From an uncultured archaeon (lineage in GTDB: Archaea; Asgardarchaeota; Lokiarchaeia; Sigyniarchaeales; SOKP01), in NCBI GenBank assembly GCA_964486045.1, contig CAZALK010000005.1, positions 190,713-254,712 on the forward strand: a stretch of 64,000 nucleotides of DNA. The letters are read 5' to 3'. Positions 41,344 through 50,430 of the stretch are shown piece after piece. The notes beneath the pieces are model-generated. The model was not told the DNA's origin, made no database searches, and saw only the letters and a program-made list of their open reading frames with translations. Each line of letters starts with the position of its first letter. Position 1 is the first letter of the stretch. The translations under genes were made by a program, and so were the position numbers.

Positions 41344-42096
41344 TTAAATACTAAAATTTAATAAGTTCAGAATTTCTCTAAGTTTAGTAATATTTATTTG
41401 ACCTGGTGCTGTTTTTTCTGAATAGGAACTATATGTTAAAAAAGAATTGCTAAAATTACATAAAATTCTTGAAAATAATCCCTGATCACCCATGCAAAAG
41501 GAGATTATTCTTAATTTCTTGCTAGATTTTGTTTTGCATAGTTGTAAAGGGACTAAATTATCTTCAAAAGATTGTGCTGTAAATATAAGTTTAAAGATGC
41601 CTTTTTCTATTATCTTGTGGTCAATAAGCAACTCATTTTTCAACTTATTCAAAAAAATTTCTAAGGATTTGATAGCTTCACCGTAAGTAGGAGTTCTTTC
41701 AAAATCGTGTACAGAATAAATTAGGTTTACTTTATTATTTGAAGCTATTTGAATTATTTCGCTTAAAATACTGCTTTCTGTGTTAATTTCAATATCAAAA
41801 TATCGTGGTCCTGATTCGATTAGAAGTTTCATTATTTGAACTCGCTCACTGACATCAATTTCTAACTGCCCACCTTCAGAGCGATCTCTTAACGTACATA
41901 TCACTGGAATTTTGGGTTGAATTCGATTTAAAAGACTTACTACAAAGTCTTTTGTAATTTTTTGAATTTCAGTCATATAATCTAATCTTAATTCGATTAA
42001 ATTTGGGTTTAGCTCTACAACTTTTTTAATAGTAGGAGCGATTTCGCTGATATTTATAGATTTAACTGGAATCGGCACACAAATATTGTATTTCAT
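41344..42096 (-). CDS. aroD: Type I 3-dehydroquinate dehydratase
   Basis: IELRLD, TLRDRSEGG, SVHDF and TAPGQ motifs. Confidence 0.9.
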   Translation of the reverse strand: MKYNICVPIPVKSINISEIAPTIKKVVELNPNLIELRLDYMTEIQKITKDFVVSLLNRIQPKIPVICTLRDRSEGGQLEIDVSERVQIMKLLIESGPRYFDIEINTESSILSEIIQIASNNKVNLIYSVHDFERTPTYGEAIKSLEIFLNKLKNELLIDHKIIEKGIFKLIFTAQSFEDNLVPLQLCKTKSSKKLRIISFCMGDQGLFSRILCNFSNSFLTYSSYSEKTAPGQINITKLREILNLLNFSI

Positions 42097-42122
42097 GATA
42101 AAAAACAAACACATTAATAAAA

Positions 42123-42796
42123 TTAAATTTCTACTATTTCTTTTATATCTTCTTCTGTGAACTTTAAGGTGTTTTCAGCATTTACCTTTTTGATCTTATC
42201 CATTTCATCATAGTATTTAATTATTGGTTCAGCGTTTGCTTCATAAGCATCTAACCTGTTTTTGAGCGTTTCTTCATTATCATCACTTCTTTGTTGAAAC
42301 TTTATTTCTGAATCGCATTTATCACATAAACCTTCTACCTTAGGCGGGAGAGTATATTTGTTGTATAGTTTTCCACAGTTAGGACAGGAGTATCTACCTA
42401 AAATTCTTTTCATAATTAACTCTCTTGGGACTTCTAGGAGAAGTAATAAATCGATTTCGGTTATACTTGTTAATGCTTTTGCTTGGGAGATTGTACGAGG
42501 GAAACCATCAAGAATGAAACCTTCTGCCTTCACATCTTCCCTAGTTAGCCGATCTCGTACTATATCGATGGTTACATCATCAGGAACAAGTTCTCCCTTG
42601 TCCATATAGCTTTTTGCTTTTAATCCTAAAGGTGTTTCATTTTTTAGGTTTTCTCTAAATATATCTCCTGTACTGATATGGATAATATCTGGTAATACTT
42701 TTTTGATTTGCCCGGAAAATGTACCTTTTCTGGATTTTGGGACGCTCCCTAAAATTTTCCAGCCCCGGGGGGTCCAAATAATATTAATTTTTTCAT
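42123..42796 (-). CDS. adk: Adenylate kinase (bacterial type, Zn-LID), 214 aa after removal of intron 42728-42756
   Basis: Spliced N-terminus MKKLILFGPPGAGKGTFSGQI; HISTGDIFR, GELVPD, LDGFPRT, CPNC..CDKC and QRSDD motifs. Confidence 0.93.
42728..42756 (-). other. BHB/BHL mRNA intron, 29 nt, inside the adk P-loop
   Basis: Sense strand ctgg AAA atttt-a-ggga-gcg-tccc-aaaat ccag AAA. Cutting aa|a in both bulges gives gct gga aaa ggt (AGKG). Confidence 0.9.
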
Positions 42797-42880
42797 TTCG
42801 AGCTTCCTTATTAATTATATAAATATTTAGATTAGACATCTAAAATAATTAAAGAGATAAATTAATACATTAAAAAAAAC

Positions 42881-43468
42881 TTAACCCGTGAAATAAGATT
42901 TTTCAACTTCTTTTATTAAATTTTCTACCCTTCTCTTTTCTCTCCTGCTAAATAGTTTAGCAAAATCCCGTTTTATGGAGGAACCATAATAAGAGTTTCC
43001 AAAAAAGGTTTTAGATTTTTCAATTGCCGTTAATAGTGATTCTTTCCTTCCAACATGAAGATATATCGAAATGTCATTAATAATGAGCACGGGGGTTGGT
43101 TTTTCATTGAACAAATTAAGTATTTTAGATGTCTTCTTATAATTTTCACATGCATTTTGATAAACCTCTTTTTCATTGTTGGCTTTTAGTCGCGGTGGTA
43201 TAATTTCTCCTTTATATAAGATATTGTTACATTTATTAGCTCCATCGTAAAAATCCTGAATTTTGCCACCGAATTTCAAATTATTTATCATACTTAAGGG
43301 GGGGGCAAAATCTAAGATGCTAATTTCTTTTGGATGAACTTTATTTAACTCTACAAGAAATTGAATAAAATTTGAAGCAAAATAAGTCTTTTTAGTATTA
43401 GTTTCTCCATATAATAGTGTGTGGTGGTCGATTAAGTCGTTGAAATTTAAATTTTCGAGAAAAATCAT
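42881..43468 (-). CDS. Hypothetical protein, degenerate P-loop NTPase-like
   Basis: LLYGETNTKKT, LDFAP and LIINDISIYLH motifs. Confidence 0.6.
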   Translation of the reverse strand: MIFLENLNFNDLIDHHTLLYGETNTKKTYFASNFIQFLVELNKVHPKEISILDFAPPLSMINNLKFGGKIQDFYDGANKCNNILYKGEIIPPRLKANNEKEVYQNACENYKKTSKILNLFNEKPTPVLIINDISIYLHVGRKESLLTAIEKSKTFFGNSYYGSSIKRDFAKLFSRREKRRVENLIKEVEKSYFTG

Positions 43469-43494
43469 AAAATTAGAAATATTCTATTTTATTT

Positions 43495-44046
43495 TTAAAA
43501 AAAGTCTTCTCTGTTTATATTTGCTTTCTTTAATGCTAAAAGAATTATAAAACCAATAATACTCCCAGGAATACAACTAGCCGCAAATAATCCCCACCAA
43601 GTAAATAAACCTTCAATACCCCCTATTGGTGCAATTAACTGAGCGATCGTTCCCCCTATAAAGACTGTTCCAATTGGTTCAAATAAGGCAGCAAGTTCTA
43701 CATATTTAGGTGATTTTTTCCATAATAAGTATGCTACTAATCCTACAACAACCGCTCCAGACATCCCTCCATGAAAAGCATGAATTGAGCCTATTGTTAA
43801 TGAAAATCTAAGTACTGCTATTGTTGAAGCAGTAATTAATGCAAAGATAGTGCCTACTAAAACACCCATAATTGCATTGACAATGTGTGCAAAAGGATTA
43901 ATCCTCGCACCAAATATTGTGAAGTAAGCAAATGGATTTAAATAACTTAAGACAAGCCCAACTCCTACCATGATAGCTGAAGTTGCAACTCTTTTGGATA
44001 TACCAGTTCGTAATATTTTTTTCCCACTTAATTCATTAGTACTCAT
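43495..44046 (-). CDS. thiW: ECF transporter S-component ThiW
   Basis: PFAHIVNAIMGVLVG and EPIGT motifs; next to thiN. Confidence 0.85.
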   Translation of the reverse strand: MSTNELSGKKILRTGISKRVATSAIMVGVGLVLSYLNPFAYFTIFGARINPFAHIVNAIMGVLVGTIFALITASTIAVLRFSLTIGSIHAFHGGMSGAVVVGLVAYLLWKKSPKYVELAALFEPIGTVFIGGTIAQLIAPIGGIEGLFTWWGLFAASCIPGSIIGFIILLALKKANINREDFF

Positions 44047-44120
44047 TTTAAAAAAACCTAATAGATTGTATTTTCATTTTTTTCTAGTTTAATTTAATTT
44101 AAAAGGTTTAGGGTATCTCT

Positions 44121-44711
44121 TTAAATTATTTTGATAATTTTTTCTAGTTTTTTAATTATATCACGTGAATCCCTTCCAAATACACGGATCATTGGTTCTT
44201 TACCAATAGATCCCTTGTCCCAAATAATATCTGGAATCCTCCCATTCTTCTCTAAACTCTCCTTAATTAACCACTGCATTGTTGAAAATTCTTTATCTTT
44301 TGTTTCTTGGGGTTCAGCCTCTCGGAAAATTTCTATTAACATTAAATCTGTTTTTTCTTTAATCTTTTTTATTATTTCAGGTGTGAATTTCAGGTTCATA
44401 ACAAAATTTATTGATTTATCAAATGATTTTGCTGTAAGTACCAATCTGGCTGTGTGTTCAGCAACCCCAAATCTAATTTCTCCAGCAGCTTTAGGCATTC
44501 CATCTACAATAGTAATCCTTCCATCAATACCTGCCACATCTTCCCTTCTCGTGGCATTAAATAAAGCCCCAGCAATATTTGTACGTACTTCGGGTATTAA
44601 ATTACAAAATTTCTTAAGTTGAATAAAATTATAGATCTCTTTTATTTGGTTTATAATTCTTAATTTTTCGTCAGTAATTGCTGCTTCTAAGGGCTTATTG
44701 CCATCCATCAA
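44121..44711 (-). CDS. thiN: Thiamine-phosphate synthase ThiN domain protein
   Basis: LIPEVRTN, DVAGIDGRI and DKGSIGKEPM motifs. Confidence 0.85.
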   Translation of the reverse strand: MMDGNKPLEAAITDEKLRIINQIKEIYNFIQLKKFCNLIPEVRTNIAGALFNATRREDVAGIDGRITIVDGMPKAAGEIRFGVAEHTARLVLTAKSFDKSINFVMNLKFTPEIIKKIKEKTDLMLIEIFREAEPQETKDKEFSTMQWLIKESLEKNGRIPDIIWDKGSIGKEPMIRVFGRDSRDIIKKLEKIIKII

Positions 44712-44779
44712 ATCTATAAGTAATATTAGCTTATTTAATTTATCGTTTATTCATATATTTGTAGGAAGAGCATAATTTT

Positions 44780-45469
44780 ATGATAACAATAGGAGATTTT
44801 ACAATAAGCCCAACAAAGATCATTTGTTTAGGTATAAATTACATGGATCACATCGAAGAGACTAATATGAAAATACCGGAAGAGCCATTACTCTTTCCAA
44901 AAACACTTAATTGCCTAATTACAAATAACCAACCAATTTTATACCCAAAATACTTATATAATAATAGACGATATAATCGGGTTGATTACGAAGTAGAATT
45001 GGCGTTTATTGTGAAAGATAAATGCAAGGATATATCAGCGAGTGACGTATACAATCATATCTTAGGATACACCGTTTTTAACGACGTGACCGCTCGTAAA
45101 ATGCAAACAAAGGATATAACTTCCCAAAAACCGTGGTTTCGTTCTAAGTCATTTGACACATTCGGACCAATCGGCCCCGTAATTAAAAAAGTTAATGAAA
45201 TCAATGATCCCCATAATCTTAATATTGAATTAAGGGTAAATGGAGAGTTAAAACAATCTTCAAATACAAAATATTTATTATTTAAGATTCCTGAAACTTT
45301 TGAGTATATTAGCCGACTTTTTACTATGGAACCAGGTGATATAATTGCTACAGGTACTCCTGCAGGGATAGGACCTGTTAAACCTGGAGATTTAATTGAA
45401 GCAACGATAGAAAATATTGGTACTCTAGCAAATAAAGTAATTCTAGAAGGAGAAGAAGAGAATTTATGA
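44780..45469 (+). CDS. Fumarylacetoacetate hydrolase family protein
   Basis: KIICLGINY, DYEVEL, NDVTAR and GDIIATGTP motifs. Confidence 0.92.
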   Translation: MITIGDFTISPTKIICLGINYMDHIEETNMKIPEEPLLFPKTLNCLITNNQPILYPKYLYNNRRYNRVDYEVELAFIVKDKCKDISASDVYNHILGYTVFNDVTARKMQTKDITSQKPWFRSKSFDTFGPIGPVIKKVNEINDPHNLNIELRVNGELKQSSNTKYLLFKIPETFEYISRLFTMEPGDIIATGTPAGIGPVKPGDLIEATIENIGTLANKVILEGEEENL

Positions 45470-46143
45470 GAATTGGTAAAACTGACATTGCACCAACCAA
45501 AATTATATGTATAGGTCGTAACTATTTAGAACATGCTAAAGAACTAAATTCTCCTATACCTACTGAGCCAGTTTTTTTCGTTAAGACGCTAAACTCAATT
45601 ATAACTGATGGAAACCCAATAATTTATCCCAGAATTTTATATGAAAATGATGAATTCAACAGAGTAGATCATGAAGTAGAACTTGCTTTTATTATGCAGA
45701 AGACATGTAAAAAAATTTCATCTGCTAAAGCTTGTGATTTTATTCAGGGATTTTCTATTTTTTTAGATATAACTGCTAGAAAAATGCAAATTTTAGATAG
45801 AAACAGAAATTTACCTTGGTATCGAAGTAAGAATTTTGATACATTCTCGGTTATAGGTCCTCGCGTAGTTCCTCTAAATGAAATTAAAGATCCTCATAAT
45901 CTTAATATTGAATTAAAAGTTAATGGAGTAATAAAGCAATCATCTAACACAAAACACATGATTTTTAAAATTCCAAGAATTATGGAATATTTATCCAGCT
46001 TTTTAACTCTCGAAAAAGGAGACATTATAGCAACAGGTACACCAAGCGGGGTTGGACCAATTCAACCGGGAAATATTATTGAAGCCTCAATAGAAAATAT
46101 TGGGACAATTACTCATCAAGTCGTTTTAGAAAGAGAAGATTAA
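45466..46143 (+). CDS. Fumarylacetoacetate hydrolase family protein (tandem paralog)
   Basis: Same motifs as the upstream copy; 4-bp overlap. Confidence 0.92.
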   Translation: MRIGKTDIAPTKIICIGRNYLEHAKELNSPIPTEPVFFVKTLNSIITDGNPIIYPRILYENDEFNRVDHEVELAFIMQKTCKKISSAKACDFIQGFSIFLDITARKMQILDRNRNLPWYRSKNFDTFSVIGPRVVPLNEIKDPHNLNIELKVNGVIKQSSNTKHMIFKIPRIMEYLSSFLTLEKGDIIATGTPSGVGPIQPGNIIEASIENIGTITHQVVLERED

Positions 46144-46249
46144 GAAATCTTTTGCTTTCATAGTCTAGCATCAACCCTTATTTTTCATTACGACATATAT
46201 TTAAATTTTTATTTTTTCTATTAAACAAAAGAATAACTCAAATTCAAAA

Positions 46250-47428
46250 ATGCTAAAGAAAGTTTTAATTGCTTCGGAATCGGCATTTCGTAGAACTCTT
46301 CTTTCTGAAATGATTGCATCTCACAAGGAAATAGTGATAGTTGGTAATGTAAGGAACGATAGTGAAGCAATCGATGTAATAAAAAAAAAAAATCCACATG
46401 TTTTAATTTTAGATATTGAATTTGATAATAAGGATTGGTATACACAGTTCTATCCCATTGTGAAATTTTATCTCATTAGTACTATTGTTTTGACTGACGT
46501 CAATCCTAAAAACATTGATGTATTTGAAGTTCCGATTCTATTAAAATCCTATGATTATATTTTGAAGCCCAATGGGATTTGGAAGGATGAATTACCTAAA
46601 ATTAAGGAAAACATATTTTCAAAAATTTTAATGGTGGATATTCCTAAAATTCATAAAATTGATAATAAGACAAGAATAATGAATAAAAATGTTTTTATTC
46701 GCCAAAGTCAGAAATTAAGGATACAAGAATCAACTAGATCGAGTCAGATTGAAGACACAAGAATAAAAACAGAAATTAATCCAGAACTTAAACCAACTAT
46801 TGAACCACGGTTAGAAGAATATTTCTTAGAATTCGCTCCAGTTACCTTTACTAAATTAGAAACCAAAATAGTGGTAATTGGTGCTAGTGTGGGGGGTCCT
46901 AGAACACTAAGATTAATATTAAGTGAAATTCCTAGATACTTTTCAGCCCCCATTTTAGTTGTACAACATTTAAATCATTTTTTTATGAGACAATTTGTTG
47001 TTTCTTTAAAAGCTGTTTGCAAAGCGAATGTAAAAATGGGCAATAATTATGAAGAAATTCATCCGGGAACCATTTACTTTTCCCCTGGGGATAAGCATAT
47101 GCAAGTCACAGTAAAGAATAATAAACCTTGTATTAGGACATTTGAAGGTGAACCCATAAATTTCTGTAGACCTTCTGTTGATGTTTTATTCTATTCAACT
47201 GCTAGAATTTTTAAGAATAAAGCACTTGGAGTTTTGCTAACTGGAATGGGAAAAGATGGGGTTGCGGGACTTCATGCAATTAAATATGAAAGAGGTAGAA
47301 CTATAGCTGAATCCGAAGAGACAAGTATTCTATATGGTATGCCAAAAGCAGCAGCAGAAACTGGTGCTGCAGATTTAGTTATCCCAAATTATAAAATTAT
47401 TGATGAAATAATAAAATTTGTGAATTAA
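46250..47428 (+). CDS. cheB: CheB-like methylesterase with degenerate receiver domain
   Basis: GASVGGP, VVQH, RPSVDVLF, LTGMGKDG and YGMP motifs; the receiver acidic pocket reads ASES. Confidence 0.85.
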   Translation: MLKKVLIASESAFRRTLLSEMIASHKEIVIVGNVRNDSEAIDVIKKKNPHVLILDIEFDNKDWYTQFYPIVKFYLISTIVLTDVNPKNIDVFEVPILLKSYDYILKPNGIWKDELPKIKENIFSKILMVDIPKIHKIDNKTRIMNKNVFIRQSQKLRIQESTRSSQIEDTRIKTEINPELKPTIEPRLEEYFLEFAPVTFTKLETKIVVIGASVGGPRTLRLILSEIPRYFSAPILVVQHLNHFFMRQFVVSLKAVCKANVKMGNNYEEIHPGTIYFSPGDKHMQVTVKNNKPCIRTFEGEPINFCRPSVDVLFYSTARIFKNKALGVLLTGMGKDGVAGLHAIKYERGRTIAESEETSILYGMPKAAAETGAADLVIPNYKIIDEIIKFVN

Positions 47429-47459
47429 ATTTTTTATAAGTGACTACTTTTAATAAATC

Positions 47460-47645
47460 ATGGAACCATCAGTAAGTGAGGAATCTAAAAAAGAAATTCT
47501 GAAATTAATCTCAACCCCGGGTATTGAAATTGAAGATATTGTAAAAAAGGTTGGATTAGATTATAAACTAGTAATGAATTTCTTATCTGACGAATTCCTA
47601 AAATATAATTTTGATTATGGCAGAAGAATCTGTTGTAGGTTTTAA
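47460..47645 (+). CDS. Small hypothetical HTH-like protein
   Basis: 61 aa with an HTH-like PGIEIEDIVKKVGLDY segment. Confidence 0.5.
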   Translation: MEPSVSEESKKEILKLISTPGIEIEDIVKKVGLDYKLVMNFLSDEFLKYNFDYGRRICCRF

Positions 47646-47709
47646 AGCAAGTTCATTATAATAAAACTTATTAATTCTCAATTATTTTATAGTTCACTAA
47701 GTTCATAAC

Positions 47710-47809
47710 ATTTTAAAGGACTTAGGACGCAAATTAAAGCGGTTTCGATATACTCTATATATTGAAGTGAGTTGTTATAATCTTGATTTAGCGTTCTTAG
47801 TCTTAAATG
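47710..47809 (+). promoter_or_regulatory. Long hairpin upstream of the uL11-uL1-uL10-P1 operon
   Basis: Nested pairings aggact/agtctt, aggacgc/gcgttct, aaattaa/ttgattt and ttcgatata/tatattgaa. Confidence 0.55.
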
Positions 47810-47849
47810 ATTTTGAATTTAAAATTACTAGAAAAAGTAGTGAGATTAT

Positions 47850-48375
47850 GTGAGTGAAAAAGGAAAAGTTGTTGTAATGGCTCTTGTAACTGGTGGTAGT
47901 GCATCAGGAGGGCCACCCATTGGACCCGCAGTTGGACCTACAGGCATAAACGTAAATCACCTCGATTATTGATGTATACATTAAAGATGTTGTTGACGAA
48001 ATAAATAGTCAAACAATGGTCTTTAAGGGTTTAACTGTACCGGTAAGAATAGAATGTGATCCCGAAACAAAACAATTTAAGATATTTGTTGAAACTCCTT
48101 CCACAGCATCATTATTACTTAAGGAGACTGGAGTAGAAAAGGGGAGCTCATCATGTTCAGAAGAAAAAATTGGTGATCTAACGATTGAGCAGGTTGTTGG
48201 TGTCGTTGAAGCAAAGAAAGGAAAGTTTTTAGATAAAACGTTTAAATCTGCTGTTAAAACAGCTCTAGGGACTGCATTATCTATAGGAATTACAGTTGAA
48301 GGTGAAGACCCCAGAGAAATTCAAAAAAAATTAGAAAATGGAGAATTTGATGACAAAATCAAAGGTGTATTGTAA
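47850..48375 (+). CDS. rpl11: 50S ribosomal protein uL11, 165 aa after removal of intron 47950-47977
   Basis: GTG start; MSEKGKVVVMALVTGGSASGGPPIGPAVGPTGIN|IKDVVDEINSQTMVFKG. The ORF track shows only the 3' exon. Confidence 0.93.
47950..47977 (+). other. BHB/BHL mRNA intron, 28 nt
   Basis: Central helix gcat/atgt, bulges aaa and ata, inner pairs cg/tg and aatc/gatt. Cuts aa|a and at|a give ggc ata aac att aaa (GINIK). Confidence 0.85.
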
Positions 48376-48377
48376 AG

Positions 48378-49109
48378 TTGAAGGTAGATGATAAATTATT
48401 AAAAAAATCCTTAGGTACCGCAATAGATTTTTCATTGATTAAGAAAGAAGGTTTTGAAGATAAAGTTAGAAAGTTCGATGAAACGATTGATCTTATTATT
48501 AACATAAAGGATGTGAATCTAAATGATCCTAAAAACCGAATTGATAAAGAAATTATCCTCTCACATCAAGTGGTTGCTGGTGAAAAACCAAGTGTATGTG
48601 TGATCGCTTCAGATGAGATATTGAATGAAGCTAAGAAGGCAGATATAGACACTCTTGATGCTGAAGGGCTAATTAAATTAAATACTGAAGAAAAAAAGTA
48701 TAAAAAGAAATTTGCTAAGAAGTATGAATTTTTCATAGTTGAGGCGAAGATGATGCGAGATGTTGCACGTTACTTAGCAAGATTTCTAGGCCCCTTAGGA
48801 AAAATGCCTAAACCCTTCCCTACTGGCTATGGAATTATATCTACTGCCGATGATTTAAAAGTTGCTTTCGAAAGATATAAAAAAGTAGTTCGAATTCAAA
48901 TGAAGAAACAACCAATCATTTTTACTAAAATAGGGAAAAAATCAATGGATAGTGAAAAATTATTTGAAAATATCAAAACTATAGTTGACTTTATTGCTGA
49001 TCAAATGCCTCATAAGTTCAATAACTTTAAATCAATGTATTTAAAAAGTTCAATGGGGAGGCCATGTAAGGTAGATGAAGCTTTTCTAAAAACTTTAGAG
49101 GTGAATTAG
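48378..49109 (+). CDS. rpl1: 50S ribosomal protein uL1
   Basis: RKFDETIDL, LGPLGKMP and KSSMG motifs; operon position. Confidence 0.93.
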   Translation: MKVDDKLLKKSLGTAIDFSLIKKEGFEDKVRKFDETIDLIINIKDVNLNDPKNRIDKEIILSHQVVAGEKPSVCVIASDEILNEAKKADIDTLDAEGLIKLNTEEKKYKKKFAKKYEFFIVEAKMMRDVARYLARFLGPLGKMPKPFPTGYGIISTADDLKVAFERYKKVVRIQMKKQPIIFTKIGKKSMDSEKLFENIKTIVDFIADQMPHKFNNFKSMYLKSSMGRPCKVDEAFLKTLEVN

Positions 49110-49113
49110 TAAT

Positions 49114-50007
49114 TTGATAAAGAAGAAGCATATTCCCGATTGGAAGTTAGAGGAAGTTAACATATTATTAGATTTATTTGGAAAATATAAAAATGTTGCT
49201 GTTATCGAGGTTGGTCACATACATGATATACAAATTCAATCAACTCGTAAGATTTTAAGGGGAAAATCTGTGTTTAGAATGTCGAAAAAATCTTTACAGC
49301 TACGATCGATCCAGGAATTTAAAAAAAGATCAAAGAAATCAAATTTAGATGAATTGGCAAATCATATTCCTGGTCAATCAAGTTTGGTATTTACAAATCT
49401 TGACTTTATGGAGTTAAAAAAGATCCTTCATGAAAATGAGTGGATGGTTCCAGCAAGGCCAAATGAAATAACACCAGTAGATATCTGGGTTCCAGAAGGA
49501 GATACTGGGTTACCTACAGGGCAAGTAATTAGCGAACTGAATATGACTTTAAAACTCCCTACAAGAATAATCAATGACACTATTCACATTCGTGAAAATA
49601 CTAGAACACATAAAACAGGAGATTTAGTTTCTGTTAAACAAGCAGCCGTTCTGAAAAAATTAGGGATAACTCCAATAGAATCGTTAATAAAGATACATTT
49701 TGCTTGGAGTGATGGGGAAGTTGTACCAATTGATATCCTATATATGGATGTAGAAGAGTTTAAACGAGATGTCACAATAGCCTATAAAGCAGCACTTGGT
49801 ATTGCTTTTGAGATGCCATATTACATAGAAAATATACATGAAGAATATATTAGAAAAGCTGCGGCTGAAGCTAACACACTTGAAGTAATGATATTTAGTG
49901 AAGGGATCACTATACCTACAAAAACCAAACCTGAAGTTGAAGAAAAAGAAGCAGAAGAAGAGCCTGATGAAGGGGAAGAAGTGGGAATTGGTGGATTATT
50001 CGGTTAA
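49114..50007 (+). CDS. rpl10: 50S ribosomal protein uL10 (P0)
   Basis: IPDWK, GDTGLPTG, LKKLGITP motifs and acidic tail ending GIGGLFG. Confidence 0.93.
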   Translation: MIKKKHIPDWKLEEVNILLDLFGKYKNVAVIEVGHIHDIQIQSTRKILRGKSVFRMSKKSLQLRSIQEFKKRSKKSNLDELANHIPGQSSLVFTNLDFMELKKILHENEWMVPARPNEITPVDIWVPEGDTGLPTGQVISELNMTLKLPTRIINDTIHIRENTRTHKTGDLVSVKQAAVLKKLGITPIESLIKIHFAWSDGEVVPIDILYMDVEEFKRDVTIAYKAALGIAFEMPYYIENIHEEYIRKAAAEANTLEVMIFSEGITIPTKTKPEVEEKEAEEEPDEGEEVGIGGLFG

Positions 50008-50071
50008 AAAAAAAAAATAACAATAAAAAATTAATATAAAATTAAAAGTATTAAATTGGAGGTTTTAAGTA

Positions 50072-50362
50072 ATGGAAAGTATCTATGCTGCATTATTGCT
50101 TCATAAAGTTGGAGGAAAAATTACCGAGGCAAATGTAGAAAAAGTGTTGACTGCCGCAGGTGGAAAAACTGATAAAACAGAAATAGCTAAACTAATTGCA
50201 GGGTTAAAAGAAGCAGATATTGATGAAATCATAAAGTCTGCTGGTACTGCGTCTGTTGTGGCTGCTCCCTCTGGAGGCAAAACAAAGGAAAAGAAGGAAA
50301 AAAAGAAGGAAAAAGAAGAAGAAGTTGAAGAAGAGCCTACAGGTATTGGAAGCCTATTTTAA
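50072..50362 (+). CDS. rpl12: Ribosomal stalk protein P1/aL12
   Basis: YAALLLH, acidic tail ending GIGSLF. Confidence 0.93.
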   Translation: MESIYAALLLHKVGGKITEANVEKVLTAAGGKTDKTEIAKLIAGLKEADIDEIIKSAGTASVVAAPSGGKTKEKKEKKKEKEEEVEEEPTGIGSLF

Positions 50363-50400
50363 CTGAAAATGGAGCTTGGAAAAACTCTATAATCAATCTT

Positions 50401-50430
50401 TAAGATTGGGCGGAATTCGCCTAATTTTTA
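50401..50430 (+). terminator. Stem-loop downstream of the r-protein operon
   Basis: aagattgggcg ... cgcctaatttt hairpin. Confidence 0.5.

Noticed and set aside
42797-42839. ORF-track N-terminus of adk (MSNLNIY...)
   Set aside because: Out-of-frame read-through upstream of the intron; it lacks the P-loop.
4553-47957. Shared acgtaaat 8-mer (4553-4560 and 47950-47957) resembling a spliceosomal GTAAGT donor
   Set aside because: The matching 3' ends would be GC and AC rather than AG, the other two introns lack it, and BHB geometry explains all four.
42720-47990. adk and rpl11 breaks as sequencing frameshifts or pseudogenes
   Set aside because: The inserts are structured 28-29 nt blocks, not homopolymer slips, and both exons are otherwise intact.
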